Positions 12,687 through 39,350 of a DNA stretch of 64,000 bases are shown piece by piece. The position numbers and the translations under genes were made by a program. The stretch lies in contig OX597834.1 of assembly GCA_951406725.2 (NCBI GenBank), positions 23,560,001 to 23,624,000 of the forward strand. Reading direction: 5' to 3'. The notes beneath the pieces were generated by a model. It did not search any database, was not told the DNA's origin, and saw only the letters and a program-made list of their open reading frames with translations. Position 1 is the stretch's first letter, and each line of letters begins with the position of its first letter. Source of the DNA: Octopus vulgaris. Its lineage: Eukaryota.

Positions 12687-13041
12687 GTAAGCTATCATCA
12701 TCATCATCATCATCATCATCGTAGCAGTGAAGTGACAGAGCCGTTACCTTGCTGGGCAAAATGCTTAGCGGCATTTCATCTGATTTTATGTTCTGAGTAC
12801 AAACTCTGCCAGAGTCAACTTTGACTCTCATTCTTTTTTGGGGGGGGGGGGTCGATAAAATAAGGACCAATTGAACACTGAAATCAATGCAATTGACTTA
12901 ACCCAAGCCCCAAAATTGCTGGCCTTGTGCCAAAATTTAAAATCATTATTATTATTATTCGACTTTCATCCTTTCAGTGTCAATAAATTAAGTACCAGTC
13001 AAGTACTGGGGTCGATGTGATCGTCTATACCCCTCACCTAA

Positions 13042-13075
<34 letters not shown>

Positions 13076-13850
13076 GTGTGAGTTTATATGCAGGGTCATC
13101 CGATTAATAAACTGTTAGAAACTGTGGCTTCACATTCGATATCATTGCGTCGTTTGTTGTGTGTGTGACATCTTCTATAGCTTCATGTCAGCCGAAGCCT
13201 TGAGAGTGGAATTTGGTAAATGAAAACTGTGGAATTGACTAACTCCATTGATGAAGAGGTCTTCTCTGCTAAGTATGTATGTGTGTGATGGGTGGGATGG
13301 AGGTGACATGATGTGGGTGGTGTTGTATGCCATAGGAACAAGTACCAATAATGTACTGGGGTTGTTTCTATCATTCCTTCTACATTTGTAATATTTGCAT
13401 CAATGAAAAAAATTATGCTTGAAGATTGAAAGATTGATGGAGGCCACGAGCCCCGACACAGACACAGCCTTGTTGAGTTGAACAGTTCTGGGTGTTTCAT
13501 GCAATGTCTCCCACTTTGAGATCCAAGGGACGTACAAGTCTTGTCTGTTTTATGGATTGTTCTATCCAGCACCCTGTCCCACCCCGTTGGAAGTGTCAAG
13601 ACTGGACAACGTGAGGTGGCGAAACTGGACAATACGATGTGACGTGGCAAGGCAACACAAAGTGGCCTGTGTCTTGCGAGGGATACCAGACATACTGGGC
13701 ATAAAGGAGTTTGATGTTAGGAAGGGCATCCAGCTGTAAAAACCATGCCAAAACAGTGAAGCTTGGTTCAGCTCTCTGACAAGTCATCCAACCCATGCCA
13801 GCATGGAAAACAGATGTTAAATGATGATGATTGATATACATATATATATA

Positions 13851-14005
13851 TACGAGGGCAAGTCAAAAATGATATGCACTCTTGTTTTTTTCAATGTCTT
13901 TACACAAAAGCAAGAAATAAACAAGTACATCATTTTTCTATAAAGTCTCGTTCCTTTAAGATGCACTTGGTTCAGCAGTCCACAAGCTTACATATTCCTT
14001 CCAAA
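13851..14005 (+). mobile_element. mariner-like terminal fragment (second copy at ~9038-9190)
   Basis: TACGAGGGCAAGTCAAAAATG start resembles mariner TIRs; two near-identical copies. Confidence 0.55.
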
Positions 14006-14170
14006 AATGCAGATTAACCCCCTGATCTCTGCCTGCTTGCATGTTCGCTTTTTGTCCAATGTCCAGACTCTCTCACCTCCTCCACTTCCCCTCTTTCTCC
14101 TTTTCTCACTAATTACTGATCACCATTGCCACTATTACTATATCTGTCTGTTTTTCCTGTATTTCCGCAG

Positions 14171-14271
14171 CTGGAACATGTTAATGAGATGCTAGAAGAA
14201 GCCAAACAAATGAACCATGAATATGTGGAGGAAAACCGAAGTTTAAGGAATAAAGCCGACACACTGGAACG
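14171..14271 (+). CDS. ODF2: ODF2-like exon E6
   Basis: tttccgcag| ... CG|gtcagt; LEHVNEMLEEAKQMNHEYVEENRSLRNKADTLER; phase 0 in, phase 2 out. Confidence 0.85.
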
Positions 14272-14387
14272 GTCAGTGCCAATATTTTTATCTTCGTTCT
14301 GTCTTTTGGTGAAACTGTTTTATAAATAACAAGTGGTTGATCACAGCCCCCCAAGGGGCTCATCACTGGTTCATTGGGTGAAGTAGT

Positions 14388-14598
14388 TACCATTTTTGAT
14401 GGCATAAAAGATGCACAGGCATTTTAGATGCACTGGTACATTAGATGCTCTGCTATTTCAGCATATGCAAGATGAAAATAGATTTTAGTACATAAAAGCA
14501 TATAATTAAGGCCCAACTTCATATAAAGGACCCATGGTGATTTTAGAGACTTTTTTGCGGGTGGAAAAAGTGCACCTCCTATGCCATTAAATATGGTA
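14388..14598. mobile_element. Tc1/pogo-type MITE
   Basis: TA-CCATTTTTGATGGCATA ... TATGCCATTAAATATGG-TA imperfect TIRs. Confidence 0.6.
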
Positions 14599-15281
14599 CC
14601 ACAAAGGAATTTTATTTGAAAGCACCAGTTAATTAGTTCTTCACTTTTTGCTGCTTACATCTTCAGGGATAGAATTAGTTGAGGGCCACCGGAAGGATAC
14701 TTTAGGGCCAAAATGCAGTCCTGGAAGTTGTAGTTGAGAATTGTTGATTTATAATATTCCATATATTGATGTTAATCCTCCCTTGGCCTATTTATCTGTT
14801 TGACTCACCCTGTATTTATTTCTAATTAGCTATTTCTAATGATGTATTAATTAATGTTAATTACAGTTTTATCTGTTTACTTCTATTTGTCTTGTCCATA
14901 TTTATTTCCAGTCGGCTATTTTATAACATTTTATGTGTTTAAACCTTTTTTTTCCCCTCAATTTTGTTGACATTAACTGCCTCGGTTTTTATTTAGTTTT
15001 GATAATAAGGAAGAATTTATTAAAATAACTTTTGTCATTATTAATCTGGTGATTGGAATGTAAATTAATATGAAGTTTTGATGAAAGGTTTTAATTTAGA
15101 CCACTTTAAAACAGAATTTTTGCATCATAGAACCTGGAGCACTCTCAGCCGGGTTTGTATCAAAATGGTTTCCCATGGTGAGGAAGAAAGAATTAGATGT
15201 CATGTACACTATCTACATGAGTTTCAACTAATGCCTTCATCTCGATGGTTGCTTTCACCATGTTTCAAATTATAGGAATGC

Positions 15282-15492
15282 AATCTGTACTTTCACTTCA
15301 ACATTTAAGTTTAATTTGTCAAAATATTTTCGTCGCTTTAAGACCGTGACCTGTTCACTGACAAAAATCCATGCTGCATCTCTTTGTCAGTGAACAGGTT
15401 GCGGTCTTAAAGCCACAAAAATATTTTGACAAATTAAACTTAAATTTTGAAGTGAATCGAATGGCTTTTGTGTGTTTTTTAATCTGTACTTT
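15282..15492. mobile_element. Foldback insertion with 12-bp TSD (AATCTGTACTTT); Penelope-like inverted terminal fragment
   Basis: Arms 15292-15365 and 15383-15456 are reverse complements; direct repeat at 15282-15293 and 15481-15492. Confidence 0.75.
15315..15365 (-). ncRNA. Minimal type I hammerhead-like ribozyme, G3:C8 variant (decayed mirror copy at 15383-15433 +)
   Basis: UUUGUCA-GUGAACA-G-GUCAC-loop-GCGAC-GAA-AAUAUU-U-UGACAAA: stem I of 7 bp, stem II with one mismatch, palindromic stem III. Confidence 0.5.
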
Positions 15493-16789
15493 GTCTTCTC
15501 ATTAATACATTAATAACGAGGAGGTCACAGCAACAGCAACCTACAGATATAGCAACCAAATTTCCCACAAATTCCAGCTCGTTATGTTAAACCTTTTGTT
15601 ATCATATTTCTTTTAAAAGATACTGGGTTTTTTTTTTTTTTTTTGTAACCAATTTTGAAAGAATTTTGTAAAATAACTTTTTCATTATTAAACCAATGTT
15701 TGGAACATAAACTGACAAAATTTTGGTGGAAATATTTAATTTAAATCGCTTGCAAAGGGGTAAGTTTGTATCATAAAGCCAGTGACAGTCTCAGGTAGTT
15801 TGATGTCGAACGAGTTAACCTTGACTTACCTACTAACGTCTGTCTCACAAGATATTTATTCCTAATTAGCTATTAAATACTTTTCTAGATATGAGCATGG
15901 ATAAGACAGACCCAGCTTGGGAGTTTAAGTTTTGAGGGAGTTTGGAGTTACCCCTTAGTCACCACTAATCCCAGGGGTACCCTATCCGCTGGGTTGGTAG
16001 TATCTGTCAAGGGCTCCCATTATAGGTTAAATACCAGATGGTCTTGTGGCTTAGACATACAGTTCTCAGAAGAGGGGCTGGCTCCTATGTGTGTGTCACC
16101 TAGGTGTGCCTATGTCGTGTGAACTGGACCCTCTGCTTAAGGGAGTTGGGAGTTCATGTCAAAGGCCCCAAATTATATAGGTCAGTTATCACAAGATGGT
16201 TCAGAACAGAACTTATTGACATGTGTTACATAAAGCCACTGGTCTTTAAGGATCAGCTCTGCAGAATAAAATGTAAATAAAGTAGCAAATGACAATAAGG
16301 AGCCATTGCTGTATCTTTCATGAGAGAAATTACGAATGTTGAGGCTTTTGTGTAAAAATCCGGGATCACTAATGCCTATAGACACGGCATACGAGAGAGA
16401 AAAGACATTATTAAACGTCGTTTCTAATTATCTGTTTATAAATATTGCCTGTCTTTAAAATGTTAACACAACTGAACAGAAACTGATGTCAATTATGACT
16501 GACAGTCCCTTACATAATGTCTCCAGTCATCCGAGTTGAAACTCTGATTGTACAGGCATACTCTTTACTCTCTCTCTTTTACTTGTTTCAGTCATTTGAC
16601 TGCGGCCATGCTGGAGCACCACCTTTAGTCAAGCAAATCGACCCCAGGACTTATTCTTTGTAAGCCCAGTACTTATTCTATCGGTCTCTTTTGCCGAACC
16701 ACTAAGTGATGGGGACATAAACACACCAGCATCGGTTGTCAAGCAATGCTAGGGAGACAAACACTGACACACACACATACACATATATA

Positions 16790-17017
16790 TGCGGCAAGCT
16801 GGTAGAAACGTTAGCACGCCGGGCGAAATTCGTAACAGTATTTCGTCTGTCGTTACGTTCCGAGTTCAAATACCGCCAAGATTGACTTTGCCTTTCATCC
16901 TTTCGGGGTCGATAAATTAAGTACCAGTTACGCACTGGGGTCGATGTAATCGACTTAATCCCTTTGTCTGTCCTTGTTTGTCCCCTCTATGTTTAGCCCG
17001 TTGTGGGTAGTAAAGAA
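16790..17017 (+). mobile_element. tRNA-derived SINE family C with a Meta-domain-like core (other copies ~3961-4190 -, 56215-56435 -, 283-472 -, 838-1047 +, 19901-20093 +)
   Basis: Recurring gcctttcatcctttcggggtcgataaattaagtaccag core after a tRNA-like head; Meta-SINE label is from recall. Confidence 0.75.
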
Positions 17018-17789
17018 ATATATATATATATACATATATACGACATTCTTCTTAGAATTTTAACTTCATCAGAATTTTAACTCTTTAACTACAAAACCCA
17101 TGTTAATTCCTTTAATTAATTCTAATTATCATTAATCTTGTTTTCCTGCAAGTAGCTGAAAAACAGCTGCTCTACTTTCTTTTCCTCCATGTCTTGTAAT
17201 GTGATATCAGACCAGGGAGCTTTGACAGAGAGATATAAGGGCTGTAACACAGACCTTTGTCTAATCTCTCTAGTGGGATGTTGAACCATAACATAGGCCC
17301 CTCTCTGATCCCTATACTGTGGTGGTGATGGAACTAAAAAATGTTGACCTTTAAACAATTGTTTATATAGGTTTGTCTTTGCTGTATTGCTCTGCAAGGG
17401 GTCACAGAAAAACCTCCTTAACAGGACACAGTCACAGTGTTGCTGTTGGGTATGGACCTACAGCAGCATTATGACCCGCTTTATACCACAATGCTCCCAT
17501 CCACTCAGCTGGAAAAATGAGTTGTACCTGTAATTCAAGGGGCCAGCCTTGTCACATTCTGTGGAGTACTCAGCCACTTGCATGCTAATTTCGCAAGCTG
17601 GCTGTTCTGTTGATCGAATGAACAGGAACACTCATCATCAACAGAGAGCCAATTGTATATCAATGAGTTCTAGAATCTTTGGAACCCTGCAACCCTGTTG
17701 TTTCGTCCCAGCTGAGTCATCCAGCTGTACAGAGAGAGAGAGAGAGAGTTGTGACTGTGGCTTATACAGTGTTTAATTTCGTTGTACAG

Positions 17790-17871
17790 GAAGTTTCTAG
17801 AAGTTACAGAACAGAATCGTGAACTGATGACTACCATATCCAAGAGAGAGGAAACCATCCGCCTGAACAAT
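17790..17871 (+). CDS. ODF2: ODF2-like exon E7
   Basis: ttgtacag|G ... AAT|gtaagt; KFLEVTEQNRELMTTISKREETIRLNN; phase 2 in, phase 0 out. Confidence 0.88.
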
Positions 17872-20403
17872 GTAAGTCAGGAGTTTGTCTTTCAAAGCTG
17901 TCATTTGTTTGGAGGTTGTGATATCGATGTATATAAAACCCCTATATGTGTGTGTCTGTGTGTGAAATTCTTTCTTTGGAATGGTGAATCTTAAAGCAGA
18001 CAAGGCCATAAATATAGCATGTAAATACTGTTAAAAAAAATCCTTCTGCATAAGGTGGGGGGGAGGGGTCAAAGGCTGCCCTTTTTATCCAAAAAGTTTT
18101 TTTAATCCAATATCTATTATTTATAGGTTTGTCCACTTCGAGATTCACCTTTCTAAAGAAAGAATTATTTCATGCTCTCTCAAAGTTTCTAAATTCGTAT
18201 AACTTAATATATACATACACACACAGGCGTGGTTGAGAAACTTACTCTCCAACTACACTCGGGCCCCAAATAATAGTGGGGGGATGGAATAAGCAGGTGG
18301 ATTGGAATAAATGGTAGTGGGGGTGGAAAATCGCTAATAGTATAGTGGTGACTGTATAAAACTTTTTAAAATTTTTCTAAGTTGTCTCCCTTGATTTTTT
18401 TTTTTTTTTTAAAAAGCAGTTATTTACTCTCAGCTGATGTTCATAATTCTACTGCAACTGCTTGTACAAACACACACAGCATCAAAGACTTGATCTTCCT
18501 TTACAAGTCTGTGTCACCAGACTATGTATGGACAAGGCAATGAAATCCTGTTGTCCAAACCACTCCACACAGAAAAATGAAAAGGCATTCATAAATTCAT
18601 GATTGAACAAAATAAAACTTTAAGTTTATATCAAAAAATAAAAAAATTGCACAGCAAAATATAACAAAAAAAAACAAAAAACTTCACCCCACCCCACCCC
18701 ATCCATCACCAAAATACACACATAAGGTACATTAATGATTTATAAAAATAGAATTTTAACCGGTTTGGAAACATTTGTTTTAAAATATTTTAGTTTTCAA
18801 CAGTTAACAGCAGAATGGAAAAACAGAATTAGTGAAACAGCAATTAAATCACATATATAAATATATACACACACTCAAGCAATGTAATATTTATTAAATA
18901 GACTATACAGATTATATACATACGTTTTTATATAATATATATTTGCATGTGTACACACAGAATGTACACTGTACAGATTTTATCCAATATATATAAATAA
19001 ATATTTGTCCACACAGAAAAGTTATTGCAAATACAAAGAACATTGGTGAGAAAAAGTTCATGCTACCAAATAAATGGAGAAGATGTGGCCTCCATAAACT
19101 ACCAGGTGGATGTAGGTAGGCAACCACTGTTTAAGAAGGCAGTAACCTTAGAATCAAGACTGATAAAAGGGTGTGTTTGGGTGTTTGTGATGGGGGGTGG
19201 GGGTGTAATGTTAGGTCTTGCCACAGACTGGTGGTGTTTGTAACAAATAATGAAAATGATTGCGACAGAAAAAGAGATATGAAAACCAACCAGCATTAAG
19301 ATATTTGTCTCCTCTTTTTCATTAGATCTAATTAACAATGTCTCTCTCTCTATATATATACTCTACCCCACCACACACGCACACTCTCTAAGCAGCATCT
19401 CTTTACTCTCTCAATAACATTGTATTTTCTGTTGACACGCGTCTTTCACTTTGTGTCTGAGTCTATTTGAGCATTTATATATAAACAAAGCACTGTTTCG
19501 AGTCCTCGGATTACGGGGCTGGTCACCTGGTTTCCAAGTGACTGAGATCACAACATTCCCTGCTGAATGGGAATCCAGTTCACCACCAGGGTACTTATTT
19601 ACAGCTTAGTGGGGTGGAGCACTGTGAAATGAAGTGTTCTGCTTAAGAATGCAGTGCATGCACCACTTGGTCTGGGTATTAAAACCCAATTTTGCCATCA
19701 CAAGTGCAACATCTTTACCCACCAGGTCACACGACAAACAACAGAGTTTTACATCCTCTACGTTAAAAAAAAACTGGTTTCACATCTCTCTCTCTCAACT
19801 TTTCCCTGAACAAGAATTCTGTCTGAATTATTGGATTTACCTTTCCCCATGGCAAGTAAACAGTAATTGCTTTTTATCATTAATATATATATATATATGT
19901 GCCGGGTGAAATGCTTATCAGCATTTCGTCTGCCACTATGTTCCAAGTTCAAATTAAGCTGAGGTCAACTTGCCTTTCATCCTTTCGGGGTCAATTAAAT
20001 ATGTACCAGTTATATACTGGGATCGATGTAATCGACTTAAGCCCTTTTTTCTGTCCCTTCTATGTTTAGCCCCCTGTGGGCGATAAAGAAATAAATATAT
20101 ATAACATAAAGTGAAGGCACATGGCTCAGTAGTTAGGGTTATTATTCAGCTCATGGTCATGAGTTCAATTCCCAGTGGTGTGTTTTGTCCTTGGCCAAAA
20201 CTCTTTATACCACAATGCTCCTATCCACTCAGCTGGAAAAATGAGTTGTACCTGTAATTCGAGGGGCCAGCCTTGTCACATTCTGTGGAGTACTCAGCCA
20301 CTTGCATGCTAATTTCGCAAGCTGGCTGTTCTGTTGATCGAATGAACACTCATCATCAACAGAGAGCCAATTGTATATACATACATGTATCTTGTGATTG
20401 CAG

Positions 20404-20517
20404 GTACGACTGGAAGAGAAAACTCAGGAAACGATGAGTCTGACTCATCAGTTAGAAAATGCACTGCAGGACCTGAAACAGCAATCAAGCAGCTTCCATG
20501 AACGGGTCATCTCAAAG
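20404..20517 (+). CDS. ODF2: ODF2-like exon E8
   Basis: ttgcag| ... AAG|gtcagt; VRLEEKTQETMSLTHQLENALQDLKQQ resembles ODF2 RLEEKTRECGTLARQLESAIEDARRQ. Confidence 0.9.
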
Positions 20518-20959
20518 GTCAGTATACTTTTTGATGTGTGGGGGGTAGGGGCAGTATTGAAATCCTTACGATTGCATGATCATAGGGATTCAAGGACTCA
20601 CCCTTTGCACATGAACACAGATTGCTATGGAGATGTGTTGGGTGCTGTGTGTCCCCTTAGGTTGCTATGGCAGTTACCAAGAAAGACCCCGAAATACTGT
20701 GAAGATTGTAGTTGTTGTTTATGCATGAGTGAGAGAGACAGGGGCAGACTGTGCAGCGATAGTTGACTGGGACTGCATTGACATGGTCTTATTGCAGGAG
20801 GTGTGAAAGGTGAAGGGGAGGAGTTAAGTTAGAGAGGGTGGCGTAACACCAAACAGCAGTCCCAGTAGTTGCAGTGGCAGAAGAGGCAGTGTGAGGGAAC
20901 AGGGTGGGGTGGCTGTTCTTTTGCTAAACAATGTTTTTTTGTTTTTTTCTTTATTACAG

Positions 20960-21052
20960 GAAAGATTATCTCAACAGAAAATCTTAGATCTTGAATGTCA
21001 AGTGAATCAGGTGAAAACTGAGGTAAACAGAGTGAAGAGGGAGAAGGATGAG
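20960..21052 (+). CDS. ODF2: ODF2-like exon E9
   Basis: ttattacag| ... GAG|gtaaga; ERLSQQKILDLECQVNQVKTEVNRVKREKDE resembles ODF2 ERAAQNKILDLETQLSRTKTEL. Confidence 0.92.
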
Positions 21053-21392
21053 GTAAGATCAACATCTCTTATAAATTAGCTCTCTTCCCCCTCCGACTAA
21101 GGGAGTGTTTGTATGTACAATAAAGTATGTTTGGCAATTCTCATAAGGTGCTTGTGCCTGTATATGATGGTGTGTGTGTGTGTGTAGCTGTTCTTGTATG
21201 CAGTAGTGAATATGTTGAGTGTGTATGTATATTGGGGTATATATTGCCAAGTTCAGGATGTCAGTGTGTTTGTAATCAGAGAGAGACCCATAAACAAGTG
21301 GAATGAAACTAGTCTCTTCCTCATCTCGAACATTAATTTCTATTTTCTAAGAAGTGAAGGACCAACTACTTTACCCAGTGCCATCTACCTGA

Positions 21393-21424
<32 letters not shown>

Positions 21425-21480
21425 CACATACATATACATATATATATACATACATACATATACATACATACATATACACA

Positions 21481-21511
<31 letters not shown>

Positions 21512-21517
21512 ACATAT

Positions 21518-21906
21518 ATGATGATGAAGCACTCCGTCGGTTACGACGACGAGGGTTTCGGTTGATCCGAATCAACGGAACAGCCTGCTCGTGAAATTAA
21601 CGTGTAAGTGGCTGAGCACTCCACAGACACGTGTACCCTTAATGTAGTTCTCGGGGATATTCAGCGTGACACAGAGAGTGACAAGGCCGGCCCTTTGAAA
21701 TACAGGTACAACAGAAACAGGAAGTAAGAGTGAGAGAAAGTTGTGGTGAAAGAGTACAGCAGGGATCACCACCATCCCCTGCCGGAGCCTCGTGGAGCTT
21801 TAGGTGTTTTCGCTCAATAAACACTCACAACGCCCGGTCTGGGAATCGAAACCGCGATCCTACGACTGCGAGTCCGCTGCCCTAACCACTGGGCCATTGC
21901 GCCTCC
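21518..21906 (-). mobile_element. tRNA-derived SINE family B, young full-length copy with (CAT)n tail (older relatives ~12295-12510, 17480-17660, 20115-20378)
   Basis: Minus strand starts GGAGGCGCAATGGCCCAGTGGTTAGGGC...GGTTTCGATTCCC (A and B boxes); CpGs intact. Confidence 0.85.
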
Positions 21907-21916
21907 ATATACATAT

Positions 21917-21947
<31 letters not shown>

Positions 21948-22315
21948 CATATATACATACATATATATATATATACATATATACATATATACATACATAT
22001 ATATATATATATACATACATATATATATATATACACATACATATATATATATACATACGTATATATATATATATATATACATGCATACATATATATATAT
22101 ATATACACACATACTGGGTCAGAGACAGAATTGTATATGGAGGTTGTAGAATGATAGCAAGCAAGGTGGGAGCATAGTTTACAGGTGTAATTGGTTAGCT
22201 TTAATTGGAGAGAGGATGGTGAGGTCAGAGAGCATGTTTAGTTAGAAGGGCTGGTTACCTGTCACACCTGGACCTCGTCTAAGGCCACATCTTTTCCACT
22301 TTGTTTTCGTTTCAG

Positions 22316-22480
22316 AACGATCGCAGATGTAATTCTCGGCTGCACGACCTGAAGGACCGGCTGGAACAGTCACAAAGCACAAATCGAAGTTTGCAGAATT
22401 ACGTCCAGTTCCTGAAGACATCTTACCGCAACGTCTATGGGGACATGACTGAACCCTTCCTGCGGCCAACACTGCCGTAA
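22316..22480 (+). CDS. ODF2: ODF2-like terminal coding exon E10 (cenexin-type C-terminus)
   Basis: ttcgtttcag| NDRRCNSRLHDLKDRLEQSQSTNRSLQNYVQFLKTSYRNVYGD...LP TAA; closely resembles cenexin SRLQDLKDRLEQSESTNRSMQNYVQFLKSSYANVFGD. Confidence 0.93.
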   Translation, partial: NDRRCNSRLHDLKDRLEQSQSTNRSLQNYVQFLKTSYRNVYGDMTEPFLRPTLP

Positions 22481-23100
22481 GGTCCAGGTTCAATTCCAAA
22501 TAGTGTCGTTGTGATTTTGATATTGACCAGTTAATGAGGAGGAGGAGGAGGTGGTCTGAAATCTGAGTGTTTCAGTCGGCTTATAGTGGCAAATATCCGC
22601 TGTGATGGCAATGAATGACAGCCACGACATCACGATGCTACAACTTACTCACTTATACTCGATTCTTGTTTCGGTATTGAACTACACATAGCTCAGCTAA
22701 CACGCAGGCTTGTAGCTATGGTAACGGTTGTAAACAGTCCAAAAAATTGTTTCCCTTGACTCAGGTATTTCTTCCCCCCCGCCGACGGCCTCCTTTATTG
22801 TGAGAAACGTGTATTTAGCTTGTCTTTGTTTGAGGGTACATTGCTGCACCTTATAGTTCAATCATGTAAGAGGTACACTGCTGTTCTTCATGTAAGAGGT
22901 ACATAGCACAGTACCACACAATCTTATGCGAGGTTCATTGCTGTACATTATGTAATCACATGTAGTACATTGTTGTACTTAGTATTTCAATGTGAAATGT
23001 AACTTATTGTGAGGTACCTTGCTTCGTTACCTCCTCCTCCTCCCTTCCCTGCACCCAAACTTAACAATTATTGTAGAATGTGATCATATTTAATCAGCCA

Positions 23101-23153
23101 AATAAAAGTTTTTGTTTTTTCAAAATTGAGACTTTTGTCTCTTCCTGAATAAA
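23101..23153 (+). promoter_or_regulatory. Candidate polyadenylation signals of the ODF2-like gene
   Basis: AATAAA at 23101 and 23148, each followed by T/GT-rich sequence, about 620-670 nt after the stop. Confidence 0.55.
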
Positions 23154-23794
23154 TGTGTTTGTGTAACACAAAGTGGGCAGTGTGTGTTGGTCTGTCTGTG
23201 GAGACAGCAGAGTAGATGTGTGTCACTTAGGAAAAGTGTCTTTGTTAAGGTGTCAACGTTGGTGAATACAGTTCCAAGGCACCAGACCAATTTTATTCTT
23301 CAAACAGCCCTGAAACCAGTCAGCCCCTATTGGAAGAAATAGAAAACATTTAAGATTTTAAGTGGGTTCGCCTGTTGAAGAGGGCGGGGTCAAGATTTTT
23401 ATCAAAATAGCAACAACATTTTGACCACCAGTTCAAAGCCTGCAAGTTGCGGTTTGACTATTTCACAGTGTCCTATTTATCACAATCAGTCAGTTAGAGA
23501 GAAAGGACTAAGTGGGGTCATGGTGAGCAGGGAGGTTAGCTAGGGACACAACTTGTAGTGCTTTCATTGGTGACAAAAAAATAAATAAAATTGACACAGG
23601 TTTTAGTTTGATATTACTGCTAGTGTTTGTATTTGAGATAATGTGATGAGAAAGGATCTACAAACATTGGGCCTCACACATAGGATGGCAGTTTGAAAAG
23701 ACAACTCAAGGTAAGTAACAGTGTGGTTGTCATTGCATACAGGCTCACTGCCTACAACTCTTCACAGCTGAGCATCTCTAACCCACAGGCTCAC

Positions 23795-39350
<15,556 letters not shown>

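Noticed and set aside
21835-21906. tRNA gene
   Set aside because: It is the tRNA-derived head of a SINE, continuing into SINE body and tail with no closing acceptor stem.
22242-22499. 85-aa minus-strand ORF (and its mirror at 40654-40911)
   Set aside because: Antisense shadow of the ODF2-like terminal exon.
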